DNA of 64,000 nt from Gemmatimonadaceae bacterium (GTDB lineage: Bacteria; Gemmatimonadota; Gemmatimonadetes; Gemmatimonadales; Gemmatimonadaceae), in the NCBI GenBank assembly GCA_051859245.1, contig JBHYGA010000004.1, positions 128,001 through 192,000 on the forward strand, written 5' to 3'. This document shows positions 9,911 to 19,435 of this stretch, one piece after another (the first letter of the stretch is position 1; each line of letters starts with the position of its first letter). Below the pieces are notes generated by a model. That model had not been told where the DNA came from. It ran no database searches and saw only the letters and a list, made by a program, of their open reading frames with translations. The translations under genes and the position numbers were made by a program.

Positions 9911-10987
9911 CTAGTCGAATCGTGGGCGCGCGTGGCGTGTCACACGCCAGCGGCCGTCGTCCAGACGCTCCGCCAGATACACCGACTGCGCGCCCAGGCC
10001 GACCACACGGTGGTAGAGCGGCACGCTCACATCGTGCGTCTCGGCGACACCCGGCCGAAACACTGTGTACCGCTCTTCCTGACGGGGCGACGCCTGCGTC
10101 CGCCAGGTCCACACCTCGCCATCGCGCGCCGCCCGCGCTTCGATGAAAGGCCCTTTGGTGGGCGCGTACTGAATGGCGTCCTGCGCCACAGATGGTCCCG
10201 CTGGCAGGCCGCGCAGGAAGCCCTTGTCCGCGTCGGTACTGCGAATCGCCGCGTAGGCGCGTGGACCACCAATCGTCTGCGACCCGTCGGGCATCCGGTA
10301 GTCGATCTGATGCGGTCCACCGCGCGCAATCCAGACGGTGCCGTCGGCCAGCACCCCCCACAAGTCACGCGGTGCGTACTCCGGTGGCGCCACGTATGAG
10401 CGCTGCCCCATCGGAATGGTCACCGTGGCTTTGGGCACATGAATGCGGGCAATTGTATCCACCGTGTTTCCGGACACACGAACCAGCGGCACCGAATCAT
10501 TGCGGGCCGCGCTCGACAACGCCGACACCAGGGCTCCGAGTGTGTCACGGCGCACCAGAAACTGATCCACTTGCTCCGGAATGGTAAACACAGAATCGGC
10601 CGCGCCGTCACGTGCAAATCCCACCATCCGCTTTGCCACGCCGTCGAGTGCAACAACACCGCCGTCACGCGCATCCATCACCGCAAAGGGCATGCGAAAC
10701 TGACCCGGAGCATTGCCGAGTGCGCCAATCGTATCCGCCGTTGTTGACTCACCGAATGTTGCGCGCAGCAATCCGGGCTGTTGGTACAACGCAATCCACA
10801 CACGTCCGTCCACGTCTTCATGCAGTTCTTCCACCTCCGCGACAATCAGCGGCGCCGCGTCGGTGAACGACAGCGCAACGGCCGCCGGCTCGGGGTTCGT
10901 GACGGATGTGTCGGACGCCGAATTGTCTGCACAGGCGACAAGCGCGAGGCAGAGCACCAATGGTACAACGCGAGTACGCAGCATCAT
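9911..10987 (-). CDS. Hypothetical lipoprotein, probable beta-propeller
   Basis: Lipobox LALVAC, NHL-like GALGNAPGQFRMPFAV, repeated beta-strand motifs. Confidence 0.65.
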   Translation of the reverse strand: MMLRTRVVPLVLCLALVACADNSASDTSVTNPEPAAVALSFTDAAPLIVAEVEELHEDVDGRVWIALYQQPGLLRATFGESTTADTIGALGNAPGQFRMPFAVMDARDGGVVALDGVAKRMVGFARDGAADSVFTIPEQVDQFLVRRDTLGALVSALSSAARNDSVPLVRVSGNTVDTIARIHVPKATVTIPMGQRSYVAPPEYAPRDLWGVLADGTVWIARGGPHQIDYRMPDGSQTIGGPRAYAAIRSTDADKGFLRGLPAGPSVAQDAIQYAPTKGPFIEARAARDGEVWTWRTQASPRQEERYTVFRPGVAETHDVSVPLYHRVVGLGAQSVYLAERLDDGRWRVTRHARPRFD

Positions 10988-11055
10988 CTATCCGGGAAGT
11001 TCGATACGGTGCGGCACACTCACGGCCGCACATCTGAAAAGCAGCACGGCAGGAC

Positions 11056-11742
11056 TCACCGCGTCCAGCGTCGCACCGGGCTGGTGGTCCGGCGTGTGCC
11101 CGCCAGCAACGCGACCATCACCAACACGCACGCCGCCACGATCGCGCCCAGGAACGCCTGACGCGCCACACCAAACCGCGCGCGCGAAACCGTATACGCT
11201 TCGCGCGTGACACGTACCTGCAACGCCACCAGTTCACGCAGTGACTGACTGAACGCATCAAACGCGGGGAAAAAATCGCCGTTGATAAAAGGCGTGAGCG
11301 TTGTGCGATCCGATGCCACCAACGTGTCCTGCAGTCGCTGCGCGACCACAAAACCATGTTGGATGGTCGGCGTGATCTGCACAACAAGTGTTGATTCAGC
11401 AGGCGTGAACCACGTGTGCAGGTACGCGCTCCACGACGATTCCGCACGCTCGCGTGCGCTACGCACGGCGATCACGGCGCTGTCACGCGACACCAGTCCA
11501 CGGTCGACCTTCACCGCCATATCGACCAGCGTGTGTGTCATGTCATCATTGACCGTGTGCAGCAACGCCAGCGCTTCAACACGATCATGAAACACGCTTT
11601 CGAGACTGCGCAACGAGAGCCCAAGAAAACCCCACGCGAGCGCCGTCGTCACGAGCACCACGGCCAGCAAACCAACCAGCGCCGACGGCAGCCGTCGTTC
11701 AGCTGAGAGGCGTGCACGTGAAGAAGCAACGGGAGCAGTCAT
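11056..11742 (-). CDS. Membrane protein with MCP four-helix-bundle sensor domain and no signalling domain
   Basis: TM - SLESVFHDRVEALALL...AESSWSAYLHT..TPAES - TM, followed by a ~14-aa tail. Confidence 0.65.
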   Translation of the reverse strand: MTAPVASSRARLSAERRLPSALVGLLAVVLVTTALAWGFLGLSLRSLESVFHDRVEALALLHTVNDDMTHTLVDMAVKVDRGLVSRDSAVIAVRSARERAESSWSAYLHTWFTPAESTLVVQITPTIQHGFVVAQRLQDTLVASDRTTLTPFINGDFFPAFDAFSQSLRELVALQVRVTREAYTVSRARFGVARQAFLGAIVAACVLVMVALLAGTRRTTSPVRRWTR

Positions 11743-11747
11743 GGCAT

Positions 11748-13139
11748 TCAGTAGCGGGCCAGATAACGATCAAGCTCCCAGCGCGTGACTTGCATGTGAT
11801 ATTCGCGCCACTCCGTTCGCTTCGCCGCCAGAAAATGCTCGGTCACATGGTCACCAAGCGCGTTCGTCAGCACTTCGTCTTTCTCCAGTTCATCACACGC
11901 TTCGTCGAGCGTGCGTGGCAGATCGTCAATGCGCAGACGACGACGTTCACGGTGCGACATTTCCCAGATGTTCGCGTGCACGGGTTCGCGCCAATCGGCT
12001 TCCGTGCGCACACCGTCAAGCCCCGCCGCCAGCATGGCCGCGAGCGCGAGATACGGATTGGCACTTGGATCCGGCGTGCGCAACTCAAGCCGCGTGCCGC
12101 TGCCGCGACGATCAGGCACACGAATCATCGGCGAACGATTGCGCAGTGACCACGCCGCGTGCACTGGCGCCTCAAATCCCGGCACCAGTCGTTTGTACGA
12201 ATTCACGATCGGATTCGTAATCGCGCACAACGCGCGTGCGTGACGCAACAATCCGCCAATGTAGTGCAGCGCCGTGATCGACAACTCCCACTCACGTTGC
12301 GGATCCCAGAATGCGTTTTGTCCATGACGAAACAGCGACTGATGGGTGTGCATGCCGCTGCCGTTCTGCCCGACAATCGGCTTGGGCATGAACGACGCAA
12401 ACAGTCCAAACTGTCGCGCCACTTGTTTGACCACGAATCGGAACGTGGCGATGTTGTCCGCCGTACGCAGGGCATCGGCGTAGCGGAAATCAATTTCATG
12501 TTGACCGTGCGCGACTTCGTGATGCGCACCTTCCACTTCAAAACCGAGCTGCTCGAGCACGTCCACAATTGCCCGTCGCGCTTCTTCACCCAGATCCATG
12601 GGCGCGAGGTCGAAGTAACTGCCGACATCGTGCGTGGTCGTGGATGGCCCACCATCGGCCGTGGCTTTGAACAAGAAGAACTCGGCTTCCATGCCCGCGT
12701 TCATGGTGAAACCAAGCTCGGCGGCGGCTGCGATCTGACGTCGTAGCACACCGCGGGGGTCACCCGCGAATGGTGTACCGTCCGGGTGATTCACATCGCA
12801 GATAAGGCGCGCCACGCGCGCCGCCGGATCGCCCCACGGATACACCTGAAACGTGCTCAGATCCGGCGCGAGCAGCATGTCGGACTCTTCCACGCGCACG
12901 AATCCTTCAATGCTCGAGCCATCGAACAGGATGTCGCCCTTGAGCGCCTTCCTGAACTGCGACGACGGAATCTCCACATTCTTGATCACGCCAAGAATGT
13001 CCGTGAACTGCAAGCGCAGAAAGCGAACCTGCTGCGAGTCGGCCAGTTCGAGAATGTCGCTCGCGGTGGCACCGCTCAAATCAGCGGGCACGAGGGATCG
13101 GGGAGTGCGGGGCACGAGCCTGGGAGAAGGGCGAAGCAA
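11748..13139 (-). CDS. glnA: Glutamine synthetase type I
   Basis: VRFLRLQFTDILG, FDGSSIEGFVRVEESDM, HHEVAHGQHEIDF, NGSGMHTHQSL, NSYKRLVPGFEAP, RLELRTPDPSANPYL. True start may be a GTG at 13091-13115. Confidence 0.95.
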   Translation of the reverse strand: MLRPSPRLVPRTPRSLVPADLSGATASDILELADSQQVRFLRLQFTDILGVIKNVEIPSSQFRKALKGDILFDGSSIEGFVRVEESDMLLAPDLSTFQVYPWGDPAARVARLICDVNHPDGTPFAGDPRGVLRRQIAAAAELGFTMNAGMEAEFFLFKATADGGPSTTTHDVGSYFDLAPMDLGEEARRAIVDVLEQLGFEVEGAHHEVAHGQHEIDFRYADALRTADNIATFRFVVKQVARQFGLFASFMPKPIVGQNGSGMHTHQSLFRHGQNAFWDPQREWELSITALHYIGGLLRHARALCAITNPIVNSYKRLVPGFEAPVHAAWSLRNRSPMIRVPDRRGSGTRLELRTPDPSANPYLALAAMLAAGLDGVRTEADWREPVHANIWEMSHRERRRLRIDDLPRTLDEACDELEKDEVLTNALGDHVTEHFLAAKRTEWREYHMQVTRWELDRYLARY

Positions 13140-13230
13140 GCAGGCGGCGCATACAAGGCGCCGATCACACTCTAGAACCTGCCGATCATCAATGGAAGTG
13201 CGCGGGCCGCTCGCCTAACTTCCGGGTCAC

Positions 13231-14025
13231 ATGACTGCTTCGACTTCGCCTTCGACCGGGAGCCCTCTTGGCCCTGGCAGCTTCTGCGCCGCTTGCGGTG
13301 CCCCTCTTTCAGCCGGCGCCCGCTTCTGCCACCGCTGCGGCACGCCAGCCGGTGAGGGCGTGCCGATCGCCCGCGCCGTAGCCGCCGGTGCGCCAGGCAC
13401 GGGCGGTGGCCTCGCGGGCGTCCTGCCGTGGGGCGTGGCCTTCGTTGCGCTGATGGCGCTGGTGGCCATGGTGGCCGGCCGCAACTTCGGCGCGGCCAAG
13501 GGCAGCGCCATCGACGGCTCCGCCAACGCGCTCCCCACGCAGGCCATCGACGGTCCGGCCCTGGGCGGCGCCGCACCCGGAAGTGGACCCCGGGCGCCCG
13601 ACATTGCGAATATGACGCCTGAGGAACGGGCTGACCGGCTCTATGAACGCATCATGGGCTATGACGAGCGCGGGGCGCGCGACTCCGTCCTCATTTTTGC
13701 GCAAATGGCGCTGCCGGCGCACGAACTGCTTGAGAACATCGATCTTGACCGGCGCTATCACGCCGGGCGCATCGCCGAAGCGGCCGGACTTCCCGATATG
13801 GCGCTCGCGCAGTCGGACACCATTCTCCGCACCGACGCCAACCATTTGCTCGGCATCATTTTGGGCATCCGCGCCGCACGGCTGAACAACGATGAGGCGC
13901 GCGCGCGCGACTACGAACAGAAACTGCTGCGCGTGATCGATACGGAAACGGCGCGTCAGCTGCCCGAGTACGAGCAGCACCCGGCTGAGATCCGATTAGC
14001 CCTTGAACGCGCGCGCCAGAAATAA
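13231..14025 (+). CDS. Zinc-ribbon membrane protein
   Basis: FCAACGAPLSAGARFCHRCG, one TM helix, helical C-terminal domain. Confidence 0.7.
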   Translation: MTASTSPSTGSPLGPGSFCAACGAPLSAGARFCHRCGTPAGEGVPIARAVAAGAPGTGGGLAGVLPWGVAFVALMALVAMVAGRNFGAAKGSAIDGSANALPTQAIDGPALGGAAPGSGPRAPDIANMTPEERADRLYERIMGYDERGARDSVLIFAQMALPAHELLENIDLDRRYHAGRIAEAAGLPDMALAQSDTILRTDANHLLGIILGIRAARLNNDEARARDYEQKLLRVIDTETARQLPEYEQHPAEIRLALERARQK

Positions 14026-14028
14026 GGC

Positions 14029-16713
14029 ATGACCGGCGCCGCTGTGATCCGTGAGCGGCGCGAGCTCGACGCACTGCTGCAGCTGGCGCGCGAAATGGCC
14101 AGCGGCACGCCGAGCACACGACGTGTGCTCGAACAGCTCGCCGAAACGGCGCAGGAGTTCACGCAGTCGGAAGGTGCCTGCGTGCTCGAGCTGCGCGACG
14201 ATGTGTATCATGTGGTCGGACCGTCCGGCATCGCATTGCCGTACGACGGACAGTCATTTCAGATCATGCCTGCGCCGTCAATCTTTCGTGAAGTGCTGGC
14301 CACGGGTACCGTGGTGCTGACAAACGATGGCCAGAACGATCCGCGTGTTGATCCGCGCTTTCGAAATGCGCTGCGTATTCGTCATTTGGCCGCAGCGCCG
14401 ATCGTGCTTGAGGGTCGCATTGATGGTCTGCTGGTGCTGCTCAACTCGGCGCAACCGGGTGGCTACAGCGCGAGCGACGCGTCGCTGTTGCAAAGACTGG
14501 CGGAGTTCAGTGCGGTCGCGCTGCGCGACGCGCATCTGGTGCAGCGCGCCGAGCGTGCCGCAGCCGATGCGCAGGCGCGCGCGCATGAAGCGGCGATCGC
14601 CTCGCGCCGACACGCCGTGCTGGCACGTACGGCCGACGCCCTCGCCAATGCCGGCACACCCGATGCCGTATACCAGCGCATCAGCAATATCATGAGCGAG
14701 TTGCTCGGCGCGGGTGGCGTGGCGATCTACGACGTCAATGTTGATACGCGCACGGTAAAGTTGTCCTTCCAGACGGGCATCGGGACGATGGATCCCGAAA
14801 CCGTGGTGCGTCTGTTCTGGAAAACCCGGCTCGCCGACGTCGTACTGGCCGGCGTGCCGGCGTTCGTGGACGACATGCTGAAGGGCACCGAGGTTGAGCT
14901 CGCCGTTACCGAACCCATGCGGCGCGCTGGGATTGGAGCGTTGGCGTTGTTGCCACTGCGCGTGGATGGTCGCGTGATTGGCTCGATCGGCATTCGCTTT
15001 CTTGGCACGCGTGAGTTTGACGCGGCCGAGCGTGCGTTTCTCGAATCGTTCTCGTCGCAGGTGGCGGTGGCGCTGCGCAATGCGCAGCACGTCAGCGACC
15101 TGCAGGATCGCGCTGAACGGCTCGACAATCTCGCGCGCGAGCGTGAAATCGAACAGCAGCGTGCAGAGGCAGCGGCCGATGTCGCGCGCACCGCGCTTGC
15201 GCATGGTGGTTTGCTCGCCGGCGTGCAATCGCTGCTTGGAATTCTTGAGCGCATTGTGCCGTCGTCAGGCAAAGCGATTGGTGTGGCGCGTGCGCGAGAC
15301 GGTCGTCTCGAATACGTTGGCGCGCACGGATCGCTCGCGTCATTGCTCGGACATCGTCCAGCTGGCCTGCGCGGGGTGCTTGGCATCACACCGGACGGAC
15401 TCCCGATTGAGCTGGAGAGTCTGCGAAGTGAAGCGCCAGCGCCGTTGCGCGACGCTGTGCCGGATGAGCGCGCACTCGTGCTGCCGCTCGTGGCCCGTGA
15501 CCGCGCCCTCGGCGTGTTGCTCGTGAGCGCCACGCCGGACGCCATGTGGAGCCACACGCAACGCGAAACGCTGGAGCGCGTCTCCGCATCACTCGCGCTG
15601 GCTATTGACGCCCTGCTGCTTGATGAAGAAGAACGTCAGGCGCGCGAACGCGAGGTCATGCTCGCCACAGCGCTGACGACGCTCGATCACCCCGTGTTTA
15701 TTGTTGAAGGCAACATCGTGCGTTATGCCAATCCCGCCGCGGCACGCGAGTACGGCTGGAGCACGGGAGAGTTGATTGGTCGACCGTTCAGCGACTTTGT
15801 CGCCTCTGATCAACCGTACAGCGGCGACGATTTACTCGTGTCAGCAGAACACGAAATCGAACCGCGCGATCATAGGCATCGCCGTCGCGATGGCAGTGAG
15901 TTTGCCGCCGTGCTCACGGTGAGCCGCTTGCGCTCTGAAGCCGGTCAGACAACGGGCGCTGTTGTTTCCGTGCGTGATGTGACGCGCGATCGTGCGATTG
16001 CGGAGCAGCTGCGCCATTCTGAAAAAATGATTGCGCTCGGCGAACTCGTGGCCGGCGTTGCCCACGAAATCAACAATCCGCTCACCGGCATTTCAGCCTT
16101 TGCGGAGTTGTTGTTGGAAGACGCGCTCTCTGATGAACATCGCGAATCCGTGCAGCTGATCAAGCGCGAAAGCGATCGCGCCACGGCGGTGATTCGCGAT
16201 CTGCTCATTTTTGCGCGCAAAGCCGACGCGGCAACCGGTCCGGTTGATATCAACGAGCTGGTCGAGCAAACACTGCGACTGCGCGCGTACACAACGCGTG
16301 CGCTCGGTGTGACGGTCGATCTCGACCTCGATCCGTCGCGGCCCCATGTGGAGGGCGACGCGCAACGGCTGCAGCAGGTGTTGCTCAATCTCGTGGTCAA
16401 CTCGGAACAGGCCATGCACGGACGGGAGACTCGAATACTCTCCCTGCACACACGCGTCGATGGGGATCAGGTCCGCGTCATCGTGGGCGACACGGGCTCC
16501 GGCATGTCGGCCAATGTGAAGCGTCGATTGTTCGAACCGTTTTTCACCACCAAGCCGCTTGGCGTGGGCACCGGCCTGGGGCTGAGTGTGAGTTACGGCA
16601 TTGCGCAGACGCACCGTGGCACACTCGAGGTGCAATCTGAGGAGAACGTTGGTACATCGATTACTCTGACTCTGCCGGTCCTGCCGCCACCCGATTTTGA
16701 TCCCCAGACTTGA
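14029..16713 (+). CDS. Multi-GAF/PAS sensor histidine kinase
   Basis: Three GAF-like segments, PAS (YANPAAAREYGW), H-box GVAHEINNPL, QQVLLNLVVNSEQA, DTGSG, FEPFFTTK..GTGLGLSVSYGI. Confidence 0.93.
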   Translation: MTGAAVIRERRELDALLQLAREMASGTPSTRRVLEQLAETAQEFTQSEGACVLELRDDVYHVVGPSGIALPYDGQSFQIMPAPSIFREVLATGTVVLTNDGQNDPRVDPRFRNALRIRHLAAAPIVLEGRIDGLLVLLNSAQPGGYSASDASLLQRLAEFSAVALRDAHLVQRAERAAADAQARAHEAAIASRRHAVLARTADALANAGTPDAVYQRISNIMSELLGAGGVAIYDVNVDTRTVKLSFQTGIGTMDPETVVRLFWKTRLADVVLAGVPAFVDDMLKGTEVELAVTEPMRRAGIGALALLPLRVDGRVIGSIGIRFLGTREFDAAERAFLESFSSQVAVALRNAQHVSDLQDRAERLDNLAREREIEQQRAEAAADVARTALAHGGLLAGVQSLLGILERIVPSSGKAIGVARARDGRLEYVGAHGSLASLLGHRPAGLRGVLGITPDGLPIELESLRSEAPAPLRDAVPDERALVLPLVARDRALGVLLVSATPDAMWSHTQRETLERVSASLALAIDALLLDEEERQAREREVMLATALTTLDHPVFIVEGNIVRYANPAAAREYGWSTGELIGRPFSDFVASDQPYSGDDLLVSAEHEIEPRDHRHRRRDGSEFAAVLTVSRLRSEAGQTTGAVVSVRDVTRDRAIAEQLRHSEKMIALGELVAGVAHEINNPLTGISAFAELLLEDALSDEHRESVQLIKRESDRATAVIRDLLIFARKADAATGPVDINELVEQTLRLRAYTTRALGVTVDLDLDPSRPHVEGDAQRLQQVLLNLVVNSEQAMHGRETRILSLHTRVDGDQVRVIVGDTGSGMSANVKRRLFEPFFTTKPLGVGTGLGLSVSYGIAQTHRGTLEVQSEENVGTSITLTLPVLPPPDFDPQT

Positions 16714-16794
16714 CTCGGCGTTTCCGTTCAAGTACTAGGGGGTGCATGGTTTTGGTGCAGAGTTGTTTTCGACGTTACCCGAGAGGAGGCGGTC

Positions 16795-17820
16795 ATGCCG
16801 CGCAGTGACGAAGTATTCGGAGAGGATCCGTTTCTCCAGAGCGATCAGCCAGTCGCTCGCCTTGATGGCTATGGCGGCTCCTACGATGACGACGAGGAGG
16901 AGGACAGTTACCGGATTCCCGATGAGGAAGACGGCAACGGCCTCTGGGATAGCGCGGACGACTCGGATGACGATGAGGACGAGGATTACGGCGTCACAGA
17001 AACCGAGGAAGAGGAGGACGACGTCGAGGAAGAGGAAGACATCTTTGGTCGTCCTCCGGCTCGCCGTGGCCGTCCGCCTGGACGCACCAAGACCGCCGTT
17101 CCGTTGATCGTGGAAGACGAGGTCGAAGCCGATGACGATCTCGGCATCGACGATACCGACGACCTTGATGACGACGGCGCGGACGACCTCGAAGACGACG
17201 AAGACGGTGTGGATGACGAAGATCTCGGCGACGAGGATCTGGGCGACGAGGACGACGGTCCGCCGATGAAGGCCCCGAAGGCGGCCAAGCCGCCCAAGGC
17301 GCCGCCTGCGCCCAAGCCGGCGCCCAAGGCGGCGCCGGAGCCGAAGCCTGCCCCGGAGCCGAAGCCGGCGCCGGCACCAAAGCCAGCGCCCGCACCCAAG
17401 CCGGCTCCGGCCGCGAAAGCGCCAGCGCCGGTGAAGGCCGAAGCCAAGGCCCCGGCCAAGGCGGAACCGAAATCAGCCGCCAAAACTCCGGCCAAGGCCC
17501 CCGCCAAAGCACCCGCTAAGGCACCTGCCAAGGCCGCAGCGAAGGCTCCGGCCAAGGCTCCGGCCAAGGCTCCGGCCAAAGCGCCAGCCAAGACACCGGC
17601 GAAGGCTCCGGCCAAACCGGCGGCCAAGCCGGCTGCCAAGGCACCTGCGAAAAAGGCGGCGCCGGCCAAGAAGGCCGCGCCGATGAAGAAGGCCCCGGCC
17701 AAGAAGGCACCGGTCAAAGCAGCAGCAGTGAAAAAAGCGGCCCCCAAAAAGGCCGCCGCGAAGAAGGCGCCGGCGAAGAAGCCCGCCGCAAAGAAGGCCG
17801 CCAAGCCAAAGCGTCGCTGA
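16795..17820 (+). CDS. Low-complexity polyampholyte: acidic N-half with AT-hook-like motif, histone-H1-like PAK/PAKK C-half
   Basis: GAGGAGG RBS before the ATG, Asp/Glu tracts, RRGRPPGR, then PKPAP, PAKA and KKAPAKK repeats. Codon usage is strongly GC3-biased. Confidence 0.8.
   Translation: MPRSDEVFGEDPFLQSDQPVARLDGYGGSYDDDEEEDSYRIPDEEDGNGLWDSADDSDDDEDEDYGVTETEEEEDDVEEEEDIFGRPPARRGRPPGRTKTAVPLIVEDEVEADDDLGIDDTDDLDDDGADDLEDDEDGVDDEDLGDEDLGDEDDGPPMKAPKAAKPPKAPPAPKPAPKAAPEPKPAPEPKPAPAPKPAPAPKPAPAAKAPAPVKAEAKAPAKAEPKSAAKTPAKAPAKAPAKAPAKAAAKAPAKAPAKAPAKAPAKTPAKAPAKPAAKPAAKAPAKKAAPAKKAAPMKKAPAKKAPVKAAAVKKAAPKKAAAKKAPAKKPAAKKAAKPKRR
17300..17810 (+). repeat. Coding tandem repeats (12-, 15- and 18-nt units)
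   Basis: AAGGCTCCGGCC x3 perfect at 17542-17577, CCGGAGCCGAAGCC.GC. 18-mers near 17335-17370, degenerate copies around them. Confidence 0.85.
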
Positions 17821-17893
17821 GACGCGGCCTGGTCAGCACTCTCAGCCGCCCGATCACGGAGCAACCCGGGGTCGGGCGGCGTAGTATTCCGAT

Positions 17894-19435
17894 ATGACGC
17901 CAAGCGTGATACCTCCTGTTGAGCGGCTGGACGAAGCGCCGCTCTCGCGACGCGTCCTCGACGCGCTCCCGCTCACCGTGTACTCCGTCGACCTCGAAGG
18001 TCGCATCACGGCGGCCAATCGTTCGTGGTCGCGTTTTGCGTCGGACAACGGCGCCGAAGAACTGGCGGCCGAAGCAGAAATGATCGGCTGCTCGATTTTT
18101 GCCGCGATGGCCGACGACGCGTCGCGCGAGCAGATCGAACGGGCGATGACCCTGCTTCGGGAAGAGCGGGTGCCCATGGTGCGCTGGGAGTTTCCCTGCT
18201 CGTCGCCCGAAGAAGAGCGCATTTTCCTGATGCACATTTCGGCGCTGTCCGGGCCGGACGGTGTGGACGGATTCGTTTTTTCGACCGTCGACATCACCGC
18301 CAGCCATCGCTCGCGCGAAGCCCTCATCGAAACGGGTATCGCGCTGTCGCACGCGATCGATGTTGGCCGCGTGTACGAAGAAGTGTCGCGTCAGGTGCGT
18401 CGCGCCGTCCCGAGCACCGGCGTGGTCATTGCGGTCGCTGATGACGAGACGGCGGCGATTCGCATCGTGCATCGATGGGGGTTTGGTTCGGCCGGGAACG
18501 GCGCCGCGCTCGAGACGCGACTGATGCCGTCGTGGCTGGAGGCGCTGGCCGGCGGCAGGGTGGTGCTACGCGAGGTAGAAGGGCGACTCGAACTGACCGT
18601 GCCCCTCACGAGCGCCGAGGGAGTGCTTGGCGCCATCACGCTCGTCACCGAGGCCCTCGACTCCGCGCAGCAGCTCGACGAAGCAGAACGCGTCATTTCG
18701 GTGATCGCGGCGCAGACCGCGGTGGCGATTGAGCGCGCCTGGCTGGTGCGGCGCGTGGAGCATAAGCGCCGACTCGAGGCCATTGGTGAGGTGGCGGCCG
18801 GTGTGGCCCACGAGCTGCGAAATCCACTGTTTGGTATCTCCTCGGCCGCTCAGTTGCTGCGCTTTCGGGCCCGCGAAGATCCGGTGGTGGAAAAAAACGT
18901 GCTTCGGATTCTGCGCGAAGTTGATCGCCTCAACAAAATGGTGACGTCGCTCCTGGACTTTGGCCGGCCAGCCACGGCCCATCTGCAGCCGGGTGATCCT
19001 GAGGCGCTGTGGGACGAGGTGCTGGAGGCAGAGCACGATCGGTTGTCCAACTCGGGGCTCAAGCTTCGTCGCACGCGCCCTGAACAGCCCGTTCGGTGCC
19101 TCATTGATGCGGAACAACTCCGCCAGGTCTATCTCAACATCCTGGTCAACGCCGTCGACGCCGCTCCGTCCGGAAGCGATCTGATCCTGACCTCTGGTTT
19201 GCTGCCGAACGGTAGCTGGCGTTGTCGCCTTACCAACGGTGGCCCCGCCATCCCACCCGAGGTTCTGCCACACGTCTTCGAGTTTTTCTACAGCACCAAG
19301 CCTGGCGGCACCGGTATCGGCCTGGCGCTCTGCCAGCGCATTCTCGACGAGCATGGCGGCTCCATCAACATCGACTCCGCACCCGAGATGGGAACCACAG
19401 TCACGCTGGCGCTTCCGCCCACGGCGGCCTCGTGA
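17894..19435 (+). CDS. PAS/GAF sensor histidine kinase
   Basis: PAS (DLEGRITAANRSW), GAF, H-box GVAHELRNPL, QVYLNILVNAVDA, FYSTKPGGTGIGL. Confidence 0.92.
   Translation: MTPSVIPPVERLDEAPLSRRVLDALPLTVYSVDLEGRITAANRSWSRFASDNGAEELAAEAEMIGCSIFAAMADDASREQIERAMTLLREERVPMVRWEFPCSSPEEERIFLMHISALSGPDGVDGFVFSTVDITASHRSREALIETGIALSHAIDVGRVYEEVSRQVRRAVPSTGVVIAVADDETAAIRIVHRWGFGSAGNGAALETRLMPSWLEALAGGRVVLREVEGRLELTVPLTSAEGVLGAITLVTEALDSAQQLDEAERVISVIAAQTAVAIERAWLVRRVEHKRRLEAIGEVAAGVAHELRNPLFGISSAAQLLRFRAREDPVVEKNVLRILREVDRLNKMVTSLLDFGRPATAHLQPGDPEALWDEVLEAEHDRLSNSGLKLRRTRPEQPVRCLIDAEQLRQVYLNILVNAVDAAPSGSDLILTSGLLPNGSWRCRLTNGGPAIPPEVLPHVFEFFYSTKPGGTGIGLALCQRILDEHGGSINIDSAPEMGTTVTLALPPTAAS

Noticed and set aside
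17300..17810. Repeat array as a possible CRISPR
   Set aside because: Short in-frame coding repeats with no unique spacers, and no cas genes in the window.
16986..17903. 305-aa antisense ORF rich in Ala/Gly/Phe
   Set aside because: Mirror translation of the PAKK and acidic repeat gene. The sense ORF has the RBS and the codon bias.
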